IMG/VR virus record: IMGVR_UViG_3300042010_000106
Coordinates: 124,001-188,000 of that record
Reading direction: 5' to 3' (one strand)
DNA: 64,000 nt
Under the pieces are notes generated by a model that made no database searches, had not been told where the DNA came from, and saw only the letters and a list, made by a program, of their open reading frames with translations. Of this stretch, positions 18,418-28,626 are shown in pieces. Each line of letters begins with the position of its first letter. Positions within the stretch are counted from its first letter, which is position 1. Both the position numbers and the translations under genes were made by a program.

Positions 18418-18712
18418 ATTTGCACCTATCGTTTGTTGGAGTGAACTGGTATGTTTTTACGCCATCGTTATTGGTAACGACGATCTTTGTTATCAGGGGT
18501 TTCTGAATTGCGCACGCAAGTCCAGCACCCGGCAGATTTTTGCAAACGGCTTCTACACAATCTACGAATTCTGTCACAACTGGTTTAGGCCCAGCAGAAT
18601 CAAATTCCGTGACCGCCCACGATCCAAACATAATCGCTAGCAGAAGTAGCAGCAGTGCCCTACTCCCTTTTGTTTGTAATGACACGGTAGAAAGTCCCCG
18701 ACAGTTGGTCAT
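18404..18712 (-). CDS. Small exported/membrane-anchored Cys-containing protein
   Basis: ALLLLLLAIMFGSWA hydrophobic segment; four Cys in the mature part. Confidence 0.6.
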   Translation of the reverse strand: MTNCRGLSTVSLQTKGSRALLLLLLAIMFGSWAVTEFDSAGPKPVVTEFVDCVEAVCKNLPGAGLACAIQKPLITKIVVTNNDGVKTYQFTPTNDRCKYGDD

Positions 18713-19421
18713 ATATATCCATACTACCCAACTTTTTCAGTCGCTCTAACGAGGCGCAGATGCTTGTAGATTTTCCACCAGTCAAAACGATTATTGCATC
18801 GTCCGGCGTCGGCCCGATGGCTAATGCTGTGCGGAAATCTTTGTAGCAGATTCCCACGTCCACATGCGTTCTGTTAGCTTCAACCACAATTTCTTCGATG
18901 GCAGGGTAAGAGAGTTTGGCATTCCAATTATCACGTAAGTTAAATACATTGATGATTAGGAAGCCCTTATCTTTTCGTTTCAATTTGATCAGTGCTAAGC
19001 GCAAGTCGTGTTCTGTTTTCATTTCGAACACTTCTGTAACTGTCGTCTGTTCTTTGATCGCTGCCAATCGCTCGGTTTCCAATTCCCCCGTGCCTTGCAA
19101 CACGTACACTTTATCTTTTATGACTTTGTTCAGCGTGAACTGAGACACAATCGAAAAGCGCTTACTGGATTCAATTGGGTAGAGCTGCCCAAGCACCGTA
19201 ACTTCCTTGTATTTCTCTGTTTGGGCATATTGATTTAGGATGTGGGTTACGTCCTTTGGCCGTGCGCGTCGATCCAACATTACCACTTGACTGCTAAGCT
19301 CTTCGGCGAATGTTGTGCCGTAAAGATCAGTAATCACGTGGCTTTGCACAACCAACGTTTCCGCACTGGCAATGCCTATCAGGCTATACAAGTAAATTAA
19401 CGAGGCTAGGATTAATCGCAT
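18660..19421 (-). CDS. Secreted protein resembling an ABC-type periplasmic binding/sensor domain
   Basis: Signal peptide ..IASA|E; TLVVQSH..MLDRR and FLIINVFNLRD..SY..IEEIV patterns. Confidence 0.5.
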   Translation of the reverse strand: MRLILASLIYLYSLIGIASAETLVVQSHVITDLYGTTFAEELSSQVVMLDRRARPKDVTHILNQYAQTEKYKEVTVLGQLYPIESSKRFSIVSQFTLNKVIKDKVYVLQGTGELETERLAAIKEQTTVTEVFEMKTEHDLRLALIKLKRKDKGFLIINVFNLRDNWNAKLSYPAIEEIVVEANRTHVDVGICYKDFRTALAIGPTPDDAIIVLTGGKSTSICASLERLKKLGSMDIYDQLSGTFYRVITNKRE

Positions 19422-19439
19422 TTTTACAAACCTTTTTAT

Positions 19440-22019
19440 CTACGGCGTTTGGTCAATAACACCTATGCTAAAGTTTTTAACAGTCCAATCACCGTACCAG
19501 AATACGTTTCCGGTTGAACCACCAATGCGACGACCAATATAGAACGGTGAAGAAACATCGTTCAAAAGGTTTTCGGTGTACGGAGATTCGCCAATTTTAG
19601 TTCCGTTTACAAAGCAGGCCAATACACCAGCGGTTCGGATAAACTTCACCAAATACTGAGTATTGAATGCCAATGCAAACGGGAAAACAACGAACGTTCC
19701 AGCAGTGCCATCATGGGATGCAGAAATCACGAACTGTTGCGCTGTGTGGCTGTATTGGATTTCGTAGTTGACGAGTTTTCCCGGTGCTGCCCACGTGCCC
19801 CAATAAACCATTGGAGTAATTGCGCTGCCAGAAACGGTTGTCGCCGTTTGCACACTGAAATCAACTTCACACACAAAGTCTTTCGAACCCGGACACAATT
19901 CAGGCGCGTTTGGCATTGTCAAATACGCGTTGAATGGCATGCGCCAAGATCCAGCAGAAGCAGAACCGCCAGTTGCTGTAATACCTTTTGCAACCACACC
20001 TTCTTTGATCAAAGATGTAGGAATTGCTTTAACTTTCGGCGGTGCAGCGAGTGGTTTAATCACGCCGTTATACATCGCACGTTTTGCAATTCGAATCCAT
20101 TTGATCGACAGCGGGTTAGTGCTGGCGGTGTAGTTCCAGTTGTTGCGCATTGGAACCGTATCGGTGTTATCCATGAGTGGGAACGTGTGAGCTTGTGTGC
20201 CCACTAATACACCATCCATATAAGCATTCAAAACATTGTTAACTTTCTCAACAACTAGGTGAACGTCTCTGTTTAATGGAACCAGATTCGAACCCAAAGA
20301 CAGAGATTGCAAAGCCGTGCCGCCACTGGCTTGCGATGCGGTATAAATAATCATCCCGCCACCGCTGCTGTACCAGAGCAACCAACTGTTTGGATTTCCG
20401 GGATCTATGTACTGACCCAACACGCAGTTTTCCGCTGTGCCGGGATACGCAGGCAAACGGAATAACAATTCAATTGTGAAATCGCCAGCACCGAAATACT
20501 TACATGGCGCACTGAATCGCGAAGTTGTTGCTGCCGTGGTTTGCAAACGACCATTCGCAACCGAAGTTGGGCCAGCCATAACGATTTGCCGACCGCCCAC
20601 AAAATCCATTTCGTTTAGCAGCGAATTGTTTCGGAATGCAGCTTGGAAAACAATGTCGTCACGTACAGCAGGTTCGTAGTATTGAGGCGTCAACGCAGGC
20701 AATGTAGCCAACGGTTCAAACGCATCCGTGTACGCAGATTTACCGCGACAAATACGCATGCCCCAACGACGACCAATTGCACCGTTACGAATGTTCAAAA
20801 ATTCCGTACTTTTGAACGTCGCGGTGTTGTTTGCCGCCGAATAAATCTGTGCACCGTTGAGGTAAATTTTCAATACACCACTAACACGACACACCGCGAT
20901 ATGGTGATCATTGTTCAGAGTCAAACCAGCGGCGCTTACGTTGATTCGTCCGGTGCTAGAATTCGAACCGTCTGCGTTGACGATTACAAGCACGTTGCCA
21001 ATTTGCGCACCCACAAAGAACGCGAAGTTTGTAGAGCCAGAAGGTGCATACATCGACAACAATGCAGCCGCATCAGGAATTGCAGACATATTCAACCAAC
21101 CTTCGATACTGAAATCTTCGGAGGCTGAAAAGTAAACCGGTGTGGCGCGGTCTAATGGATATCCTGTTGCAGAAGTGTTCACCAATTTGTTGCTGGAAAC
21201 GGTGGCGTTCGTCAGCAACACTGCTGCTTCGGTTACGTCTTCAATCGCTTGGTTATTTTGGAAACTGAATTGCGACCAAACATATGGCGTCATGTCTTCA
21301 GAGGCTGGAATCTCCATTACATTTGCACGCAGTTTATCCGGATTGCTTTGCGGGTACAGCCGCTGGTACGCCCAATCAAATGCACCGTCATTCGCCACAA
21401 TAAAGTTGCCAACGTTGCGATGGTAGTAAAGCTTCGGCATTCCTGTACGCGTAAGGCCGTTGTATTGAACGCTGCCGTTTTCGAAAAAGAATGCGAATTT
21501 GTCACCCGTTGCAGCGATTACAAATGCTGCTGAATATGCAAAGACGTTTTGTGCTACAGTCGATCCGATAAAGGAACCGGAAAGATAACGCGATTTGTTG
21601 TAGACGATGAACGTGCTTGAGCCAATTGCAATCTTGTCATTTGCTGTGACAGCCACACTGAAATTTCGGGTCAGTGTTTGCACCACGCTAATCTGTTGTG
21701 CAGTCACGCTGACGATAACAATTGTGCCATTGCTCGCTACGTCGAACGCGCCAACAATGTCGATTGGGGTTTGTACACCACCGGTCAGGCGATACGTTTT
21801 ATCTACTGTTTGTGCAGCGATTACGGTTCCGTCATTCGACATTTTCAATGCGAGAACGTCAGCCAGCGCATACGTGGTTGGCTGAAGAGTTAGCGTATTG
21901 TTTGCTTCGTCTTTTGCGTAGGTTGAAACCACGCCATTCTGATAGACAGCGACGTGGTTTTTCCCGTGAGCAAGCAAAACGTTTGGCAGCGCGACTGTGT
22001 TTAAAAGTGCCATGCTCAT
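19440..22019 (-). CDS. Tail fibre/receptor-binding protein with about three LamG/ConA-like domains
   Basis: DFSIEGW..HHIAVCR..IYLNG..RICRG; DFTIE..HLVVEK..AYMDG..IRIAK; DFVCE..CFVNG. Confidence 0.8.
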   Translation of the reverse strand: MSMALLNTVALPNVLLAHGKNHVAVYQNGVVSTYAKDEANNTLTLQPTTYALADVLALKMSNDGTVIAAQTVDKTYRLTGGVQTPIDIVGAFDVASNGTIVIVSVTAQQISVVQTLTRNFSVAVTANDKIAIGSSTFIVYNKSRYLSGSFIGSTVAQNVFAYSAAFVIAATGDKFAFFFENGSVQYNGLTRTGMPKLYYHRNVGNFIVANDGAFDWAYQRLYPQSNPDKLRANVMEIPASEDMTPYVWSQFSFQNNQAIEDVTEAAVLLTNATVSSNKLVNTSATGYPLDRATPVYFSASEDFSIEGWLNMSAIPDAAALLSMYAPSGSTNFAFFVGAQIGNVLVIVNADGSNSSTGRINVSAAGLTLNNDHHIAVCRVSGVLKIYLNGAQIYSAANNTATFKSTEFLNIRNGAIGRRWGMRICRGKSAYTDAFEPLATLPALTPQYYEPAVRDDIVFQAAFRNNSLLNEMDFVGGRQIVMAGPTSVANGRLQTTAATTSRFSAPCKYFGAGDFTIELLFRLPAYPGTAENCVLGQYIDPGNPNSWLLWYSSGGGMIIYTASQASGGTALQSLSLGSNLVPLNRDVHLVVEKVNNVLNAYMDGVLVGTQAHTFPLMDNTDTVPMRNNWNYTASTNPLSIKWIRIAKRAMYNGVIKPLAAPPKVKAIPTSLIKEGVVAKGITATGGSASAGSWRMPFNAYLTMPNAPELCPGSKDFVCEVDFSVQTATTVSGSAITPMVYWGTWAAPGKLVNYEIQYSHTAQQFVISASHDGTAGTFVVFPFALAFNTQYLVKFIRTAGVLACFVNGTKIGESPYTENLLNDVSSPFYIGRRIGGSTGNVFWYGDWTVKNFSIGVIDQTP

Positions 22020-22029
22020 AAATGATTAC

Positions 22030-23406
22030 TCATGCTTTTACGGTGATAACACCGAGTTTGTCTGCGCCCGCCGCGCCCTCTCTGAAACAGCCAATGACCC
22101 AAAAGGCTGTGTCATTAATCCTGTGAATCATTGCACCACGATTGTAGAAATCTTTTGTGAAATATGGTGTGGAAACAGGATCGAATGGGCCTACGTACAA
22201 ACCGCCGCCGACAATCTTTTTGAAAGCGATACTTAAACGCCGCACACTGCTGCCCGTGTTGTATGGCGTAGCGTGATACAGAGGATTCAAACTCAGTGCC
22301 GCGTCATGGTCGTAAACCGGCGTTGGAAATGTCGCAGGGTTTTCACCAGCACTTATTTCACCCGCCATACCAATAACAGCAGCGACATCGTTTGTAACCC
22401 ACGCTGAATCTAATGGGTTGACAATTTGTGCACCAGCGTTCAGCAGGTTGTTATTTAGATAGCAGTTACCACCCAAATTCAATTGACGCCCGCCTGTGTA
22501 CAGAAACGTTTTCGCCACAATATCAATTGGTAAATACGCATTCAAATTCAGGAAGTTTCCGGTGGCGTTTGCCCCGGCAGCGGGCCACGAATCCAATGCA
22601 GCAGGGTTGAAATATTCACGCGCAAGGATAGCCGTTGCTGCGTTGTAAACTGCAACCCACGGCTGTGCAAAGTTCGGTGCTACCGAATATATTTTGAGTG
22701 GCACAAGTTGGGGAGTTAAAACCTCACGCACGGCAGTTGCTAATGTTGCTTGTGGTTGCGTTGAAAACGCTTGTTCTACCACGACAGCCTGTGCTGTGAG
22801 TTTGCCCGCTGCAAGTGTCAGTGTATTTTTCATCACCAAACGTTGTGCAACGTTGTTCGCACCTACAGGTTGACGCAGAAGAATTTGCAAACCGTTTGGA
22901 TTCACGTCGATATCAATTGGTGCACCATACGTTGGGTACGAGTTACCCTCGGCAATGTTTTGTGTGCGTGTGTCAATTTGTGAATCGACTGTATACGTAC
23001 CGTCCGCATTACGCACAGCAACAATGCACGTATGCGTAAGCGGAATATCCAGTGTTGCATTCAATGCTGTGTAATCTGCTGTCCCTACGTTGCGTATGGT
23101 GCCAGCGGCTGTTGGAGTCTGAGCAAACGACGCAGGAACCATTATGAAAAGTCTGTCATTCCCCAAACTTTTAATTCGTGGTTTAAAATACGTGTAGTTG
23201 GTCTGACTACGCAATGTCACTTGTTTCAGAAACGATGCAGGGCCTAATTCCGTGGCGCCTGCGTTGTAGTTTACTTCCTGCACCAACGCTTTGTTATCAG
23301 CCGTGAAAGTCACGATTGCTACGCGTGTAGGAGAAATGCGGCACCAATCCATTTGGCCGCCGTGGTGCTGAATGCCAGCCGGGTTATCTATGGATACGAA
23401 GGCCAT
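22030..23406 (-). CDS. Virion structural protein
   Basis: Late operon; beta-rich composition. Confidence 0.7.
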   Translation of the reverse strand: MAFVSIDNPAGIQHHGGQMDWCRISPTRVAIVTFTADNKALVQEVNYNAGATELGPASFLKQVTLRSQTNYTYFKPRIKSLGNDRLFIMVPASFAQTPTAAGTIRNVGTADYTALNATLDIPLTHTCIVAVRNADGTYTVDSQIDTRTQNIAEGNSYPTYGAPIDIDVNPNGLQILLRQPVGANNVAQRLVMKNTLTLAAGKLTAQAVVVEQAFSTQPQATLATAVREVLTPQLVPLKIYSVAPNFAQPWVAVYNAATAILAREYFNPAALDSWPAAGANATGNFLNLNAYLPIDIVAKTFLYTGGRQLNLGGNCYLNNNLLNAGAQIVNPLDSAWVTNDVAAVIGMAGEISAGENPATFPTPVYDHDAALSLNPLYHATPYNTGSSVRRLSIAFKKIVGGGLYVGPFDPVSTPYFTKDFYNRGAMIHRINDTAFWVIGCFREGAAGADKLGVITVKA

Positions 23407-24759
23407 TTAGGATTCCTGCAAATAAGTCAGGTTGTTGATTGTCGTGTTGGCAATGTCCAAACTCGATTTCGCGTAGTCGAACACATATGCGCTATATGCC
23501 GCAGTTTGCAAAGTCACTTGAGTTTGTGTCGGCTCACGATCTTGATAAGGCAAGCTTGGATTGTACGCTGGTGTTACGTTTTCACCATACACTTCAACTT
23601 TCGCACGATCATCGACATAGACTTTCGCAGTCGATGCAGGGAAATCGTTTTGGAAACCGAATTCGAAAGTGTCCACTGTTAAATCTGGCGTGATCGCCAT
23701 CGGCATACAAGATGCTTTCCAGCGTGCACGTGGTGTGTACGTACCGCCGTATTCTTCAGTGGTCGCAAGTTTGATGTACGGCAAAAGGGTCATGCCATCT
23801 GCCGCCAATTCACGACGTTTTGCCTGAATGTTTATCGCCGCTGCATAAATCTTTTTCGGTGTGCCAATCGACCCGATAAGAGACGTGCGGGCAAAAGGAA
23901 CGGCGGAATAAACGTTGCCGTAACCGAGCGCTGCCGTGGTGTTCAAATCTGGTGTTTGCATAGGCGTTTGCAACGTCTGCGCAAATGTTACGCCACCCAA
24001 TTGTTCAAACGAATGCTGCGTGCTTGGAACACTGGAAAGCGCAATGGATTTCGGAAGCTTTCGACCAATGCGTGTATTCAACGCTGTGCCGGAACTGTCC
24101 GAAACGATGATCCCTAACAATTTGAATCCGCTTGCCGTGCTGTTAAATGTGATTGCGCGAGGCATGCGAATTTGGAAATTCTTGATTGGAACTGTTGTCG
24201 TGGTTTGGCGAGTAATCAGGTTATCACCGTTCCACAATTCCGCGTAGCCGGGGCCGACAATGATTTCCAGAAACTGAGTTATTTCTACATCAAATACAGC
24301 ATCGTATCCGGTGTCCACGCCATTGAAAATGTACGTGTAGTTTGTAGAAATTTCTACAGAAAACAAACCATCATTCAAGCGCAGGAATGGGCCGGGGTAC
24401 GTAGCAGGTAAATAGCCGCTTTGCTGACAGGCCCACTGAATGCTTAGGAAAAACGTGTCGCCTTTTTGCACAACGTCGCGTTTCAATCCGTCTACTGTTG
24501 TTGACGTAGCAAGGTACGGGTTATTGGCCTGTGCGCGGTCTATGAAAAACAGACTACCTGTTGCGGTGTTATACGCAACCGAAGACCAATACTGCAAAAC
24601 GGTGCCCCAAACAAAAGCGGAGGGGCGGTAAAACCCCATCGCTTCTATGGCATCACTGATTGCAATTGATTGTCCCGCAGACACAGAGTTTGAAGTGTTC
24701 GCTGCGTTGTTTTGGTTTTTTGCAAACTGTTGAAAATCGTCTGCGTAAATCAGGGCCAT
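23407..24759 (-). CDS. Virion structural protein (distant paralogue of the next gene)
   Basis: LIYADDF resembles LLQHDGF; RIGRK resembles RIGKC. Confidence 0.7.
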   Translation of the reverse strand: MALIYADDFQQFAKNQNNAANTSNSVSAGQSIAISDAIEAMGFYRPSAFVWGTVLQYWSSVAYNTATGSLFFIDRAQANNPYLATSTTVDGLKRDVVQKGDTFFLSIQWACQQSGYLPATYPGPFLRLNDGLFSVEISTNYTYIFNGVDTGYDAVFDVEITQFLEIIVGPGYAELWNGDNLITRQTTTTVPIKNFQIRMPRAITFNSTASGFKLLGIIVSDSSGTALNTRIGRKLPKSIALSSVPSTQHSFEQLGGVTFAQTLQTPMQTPDLNTTAALGYGNVYSAVPFARTSLIGSIGTPKKIYAAAINIQAKRRELAADGMTLLPYIKLATTEEYGGTYTPRARWKASCMPMAITPDLTVDTFEFGFQNDFPASTAKVYVDDRAKVEVYGENVTPAYNPSLPYQDREPTQTQVTLQTAAYSAYVFDYAKSSLDIANTTINNLTYLQES

Positions 24760-24776
24760 AAATCACCTACCGTATT

Positions 24777-25868
24777 TTAGGTTGGTTTAGGCAGAAGGCG
24801 CTGACCAAATTTCACGTTCTGTGCTTCGGTTGGAGTCCACTGCACACCGGTCGCCGGGTTGACTTCGAAGATGTGGTTTTCAGCAGTGTAAGAACCTGCT
24901 TTCAACTTCATTCGGTGCCCTTCTTTAATCGTCGCACCAACTTGCACAACTGCCGTCAAGCTCATGGAATCCGGTTCAAGCATACGGGCGACCGGGCAGA
25001 TAGTAACTGCGCGAATTGCCGCATCATCAACCGTTGGAAATGCAGTTGGGTTGACGTAGAAATCGGTTGTACCGGGAACGTTTGTGCTGACATAAGTGGT
25101 ATCGCCATCGTGCGTCGGTTGGTTAACTTTCGAGAAGTTGTTTGCAGGCGAAGCAGGAAACGGTGTCATTGCAACGGCGCTATCCGCAGTTGGATATTGC
25201 GTGATCGTGTTGCATTTTCCGATACGTTCAATGTTCGTAGTTGCCGAACCATTCGGGCTAGTCGGGTTACTGTCCAGCAAATAATGATCGTCAACGTGCA
25301 TGTAAATGCTGGTGTTGCCGCCGCTGGTGAATTGCGAACGAATTTCCCAAAAATCGAGAACTGGTGTACCGGTCAAAACTTTGGTGGCAACAAGCGTGTC
25401 AGTCATGTAAACGCGCATTGTTTTTGTAGCAATTTCGTATTCCAGTTCAACGAAGTTCCAGATGTTCAATTCGCATTGATAATCTGTGACCACGCCGTCT
25501 GCGTAAATGAACCAGTCCGAACCAATGTTCAGATTGAATCCGGCCAGACGAGCAAAGTTCAGCGAACCGGTTGGCTGCAAAACAAAACGAACTGCAAAAG
25601 CGTGAACCAATTTCCCTTGTGGAGTAAAGGCTGCGCCAGTGTTATTCGATTCGTGACGAATTGGACGTTTGATCCAAGTTTGATCAGTGGTAGCACCGTT
25701 CAAACCGAGGCCAAAACTACCAGAGTTTTTACCGTATGCAGTGGCGGGAGTTACACCGGCTGTAGGCAAAACATAACCACGACTAACCCATTGCTTCGAC
25801 GATTCGTTCGTGGCCGTTTGCAGGGCAGTGGTTCCGTAGTTATCGAAGCCATCGTGTTGTAAAAGCAT
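24777..25868 (-). CDS. Virion structural protein
   Basis: GGAG RBS; DGFDNY..VDDHYLLD..DGDTTYV..NPATGVQWT family motifs. Confidence 0.75.
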   Translation of the reverse strand: MLLQHDGFDNYGTTALQTATNESSKQWVSRGYVLPTAGVTPATAYGKNSGSFGLGLNGATTDQTWIKRPIRHESNNTGAAFTPQGKLVHAFAVRFVLQPTGSLNFARLAGFNLNIGSDWFIYADGVVTDYQCELNIWNFVELEYEIATKTMRVYMTDTLVATKVLTGTPVLDFWEIRSQFTSGGNTSIYMHVDDHYLLDSNPTSPNGSATTNIERIGKCNTITQYPTADSAVAMTPFPASPANNFSKVNQPTHDGDTTYVSTNVPGTTDFYVNPTAFPTVDDAAIRAVTICPVARMLEPDSMSLTAVVQVGATIKEGHRMKLKAGSYTAENHIFEVNPATGVQWTPTEAQNVKFGQRLLPKPT

Positions 25869-25881
25869 AAATATTTCTCCG

Positions 25882-25914
25882 AAAAATGGAAAAGGGGGAA
25901 TAAATCCCCCTTCC
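25882..25914 (-). terminator. Intrinsic terminator
   Basis: AAGGGGGATTTATTCCCCCTTTTCCATTTTT on the minus strand. Confidence 0.7.
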
Positions 25915-25937
25915 AAGGGAACGCGTCCCGGTGTTGC

Positions 25938-26984
25938 TTACGGTGCTGTGATACCGCCGCCAGATTTCAGTGCGACAATACGCATGCCGGTGTTATTCGG
26001 CCCGTTCGCCAGAAGCGAAACGTAATTGCGTGGTGGATCAGCTTCGTTGTAAACCTTCAGTGGAACGTCGGTGTTTTCCGAAACAACGTCACCACTGGTG
26101 TAACCGAGCAAATCCAGTTCGTAGGTGTATGCGTAACGAGTGGTGTTCAAACGCGACGGGAACGAAACCACATAGCGGTTGCCTTCGGAAATTGCTACCT
26201 GTTCCGCAATGTTGATAATTGCGTTGTTGTATTCGGTATCAATGCCCGCATCCACTGCATCGGAAGGACGCATAACGTCAGATTCACGAACGGTGAAACG
26301 TTGAATCTTTTCAGCGGTGGAAAACATTGCAAATACTGGTGCTTTACCAGTGATAACAACGGCACCGGAAACACGATCAACCGGACGCTGTGCAACAACC
26401 CACGAAACCGATTTCGCGCCGAGGTCAGAAGTGAAGTCTTCCCAAACGCACAGAACAAAACCACGTTCTGCAATGCAGAGGTAGTAGGTCATTGGTGCAG
26501 AATCGGAAATGTCAGCGGAACCGACAACTACACGCGAAGTACGGTTAATAAAACCGTCTTCTGGTTTGGTTGGATCAGGAGCTTTATCCGCTGGCGTAGT
26601 GCCTTTGGTGTAGCGACCGCCGACAACGCCGATGGGGCCAGCCAGAACCTTTGTGGTGGTGCCTGTGGTAGTCCAAGAAAGCGAACCATCGGTACGCAAA
26701 CTTTGGTTAGAACCGAGAACCATACCGGCAGTGTGCTTATCGAAAACTTCGATTTGTACGCGCCATGGTTGCTTTGCAGGAAGTGCAGGGTTATTCAACG
26801 GGTCAACCGCAATACCTGCTTCCAACATCACTTTGAATTTGGCGCGCCCGGTTGCATCTACAGGCGGAACCCAAGGCACCGGATTGATTACAGAAAAACC
26901 GTTGTCCGTAAGGTCGGCAACAACGGCGAGCATCAGTTCACCCACGTGGGTATAACCGCTGCGACGGATGGAAATTCCAGCCAT
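25938..26984 (-). CDS. Virion structural protein, tandem paralogue 1
   Basis: High similarity to 27001..28170 (PSRLNTxRYAYTYELD). Confidence 0.8.
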   Translation of the reverse strand: MAGISIRRSGYTHVGELMLAVVADLTDNGFSVINPVPWVPPVDATGRAKFKVMLEAGIAVDPLNNPALPAKQPWRVQIEVFDKHTAGMVLGSNQSLRTDGSLSWTTTGTTTKVLAGPIGVVGGRYTKGTTPADKAPDPTKPEDGFINRTSRVVVGSADISDSAPMTYYLCIAERGFVLCVWEDFTSDLGAKSVSWVVAQRPVDRVSGAVVITGKAPVFAMFSTAEKIQRFTVRESDVMRPSDAVDAGIDTEYNNAIINIAEQVAISEGNRYVVSFPSRLNTTRYAYTYELDLLGYTSGDVVSENTDVPLKVYNEADPPRNYVSLLANGPNNTGMRIVALKSGGGITAP

Positions 26985-27000
26985 GATTTATTCCCCTTGA

Positions 27001-28170
27001 TTAAGGTGCAGGAGCAGCAATGCCGCCGCCTTCTTTGAGCGCAACAATTCGCATGCCGTTGTTGTTCAGAATGTTCGCGTGCATACCAATGTATTTACGC
27101 GGAGTTTCTTCACCGTACAGAGTTTGCGGAACTTCTGTGGTGCCACCGACAACGGTTGCAGACGTGTAGCCGATCATGTCCAGTTCGTAGGTGTATGCGT
27201 AACGCGGAGTGTTCAGGCGCGACGGATAGTTAACGATGTACTGGTTGTTTTCGGAAACACCGATTTGTTTTTTGTCGTTGATGATTGCGGTTGTATCTTT
27301 GGTATCCAGAACAGCCGAAGTAATTGTGGAAGCGTCAACCAAATCGGCTTCACGAACCACGAAACGGTTGATTTGGTTGCCCACTGCGTTAACGCAAAAT
27401 ACAGGAGCTTTACCTTCAACAACAACGATGCCTGTATCGCGATGCACAGGACGTTGAACCAGAACCCACGAAAAATCTGTACCGCTTACGTTTGTGCCGG
27501 CGCCTTGCCAAATCGACAAGTAGAAACCACGTGGAGTGATTGCCAGATAGTACGACATTGGGTAGGTCGCGCTAACGTCTTTGGTTGGATCAGTCGGGAA
27601 AACTGGTGGTGTTTCGATTTGCGATTGGGAGTTACCAACAATCGAATCAACCCAAACTTTGGTACGACGGTTGATGAAACCTTCTGTTTTGTTTTTCCAA
27701 TGCGGCTGGAAAAGACCAGCATTTTGGAAATACGGTTTGTCAGCGGTTTGCGTCAAACGATACGGGGTGTAATCTTCACCGACAATCCCGCGTGCACCGA
27801 TAATACGAACGGTGGTCGTGGTGATTTCAGTAACGGAATCGGTTGTGTAAGGCAGCGAACCGTCGTTAGGCAATGCAGTCGGCGAACCTGCAAACATACC
27901 CATTGTGGCGTTGTCAGTTACGGAAAACGCAACGCGCCACGGTTGATTCGGAGTAGCGCCGGGAATCAATGGATTCAATGGGTCAACGCTTGGCCCAGCT
28001 TCCAAAGTAACGCTGAATTTTTCAGCAGTTGCGCCAACAGGTTTTACGTAGGCGCCAGTTCCATCGACAGGGAAAATGGCTTTGAAACCATTCGCCAACA
28101 TGTCGTCAATTACAGCGAGAGTGATTTTACCGGCTGTGGTAAAACCCTCTTTGCGGATTGCAATACCCAT
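27001..28170 (-). CDS. Virion structural protein, tandem paralogue 2
   Basis: High similarity to 25938..26984. Confidence 0.8.
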   Translation of the reverse strand: MGIAIRKEGFTTAGKITLAVIDDMLANGFKAIFPVDGTGAYVKPVGATAEKFSVTLEAGPSVDPLNPLIPGATPNQPWRVAFSVTDNATMGMFAGSPTALPNDGSLPYTTDSVTEITTTTVRIIGARGIVGEDYTPYRLTQTADKPYFQNAGLFQPHWKNKTEGFINRRTKVWVDSIVGNSQSQIETPPVFPTDPTKDVSATYPMSYYLAITPRGFYLSIWQGAGTNVSGTDFSWVLVQRPVHRDTGIVVVEGKAPVFCVNAVGNQINRFVVREADLVDASTITSAVLDTKDTTAIINDKKQIGVSENNQYIVNYPSRLNTPRYAYTYELDMIGYTSATVVGGTTEVPQTLYGEETPRKYIGMHANILNNNGMRIVALKEGGGIAAPAP

Positions 28171-28599
28171 TTAGAAATCCTCAACGGTCAGGTATGTGAG
28201 TGTAAGTTTAATCGCGACACTTTGCGCGGTTGTGTTTGTGATAACGCCGTACATTTGGGGCTTCAAAGGCGTGTCCAAATTTACGAACATCGAATACTGT
28301 CGAGTTTTGATAATTGTCCCGTCCCGCATAACGGTAGAACCATCATCAAATAAGTGGTCAGCGGTTGCCAAAAACTTGTACGGCGTCGGGTCAATGATTG
28401 GGCTATGATCCGCTACGCCGTACACTTCCACCATACAAGGGGCGGAAACTCTGAGCCTTTGCACTATCGCGGTTGCGCCGCAAGGAATGACAAAAGACTC
28501 AGAGGCATTTGGGGCCAACAAAAGAGTTGTTATTTCAAACAATTTTCTTGGCCGATTGCCGACTTCACTTAACTTCTTGCGAGGTATAAGTGCAGCCAT
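28171..28599 (-). CDS. Hypothetical structural protein
   Basis: GGAG RBS; abuts the next gene. Confidence 0.7.
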   Translation of the reverse strand: MAALIPRKKLSEVGNRPRKLFEITTLLLAPNASESFVIPCGATAIVQRLRVSAPCMVEVYGVADHSPIIDPTPYKFLATADHLFDDGSTVMRDGTIIKTRQYSMFVNLDTPLKPQMYGVITNTTAQSVAIKLTLTYLTVEDF

Positions 28600-28626
28600 T
28601 GTTTTTTCTCCGGGGTTTCCATTAAA

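Noticed and set aside
25938-28170. Possible DGR template/variable repeat pair or invertible tail-fibre cassette
   Set aside because: Both copies are full genes in the same orientation. No reverse transcriptase or invertase was found in the window, and no adenine-specific mismatch pattern was apparent.
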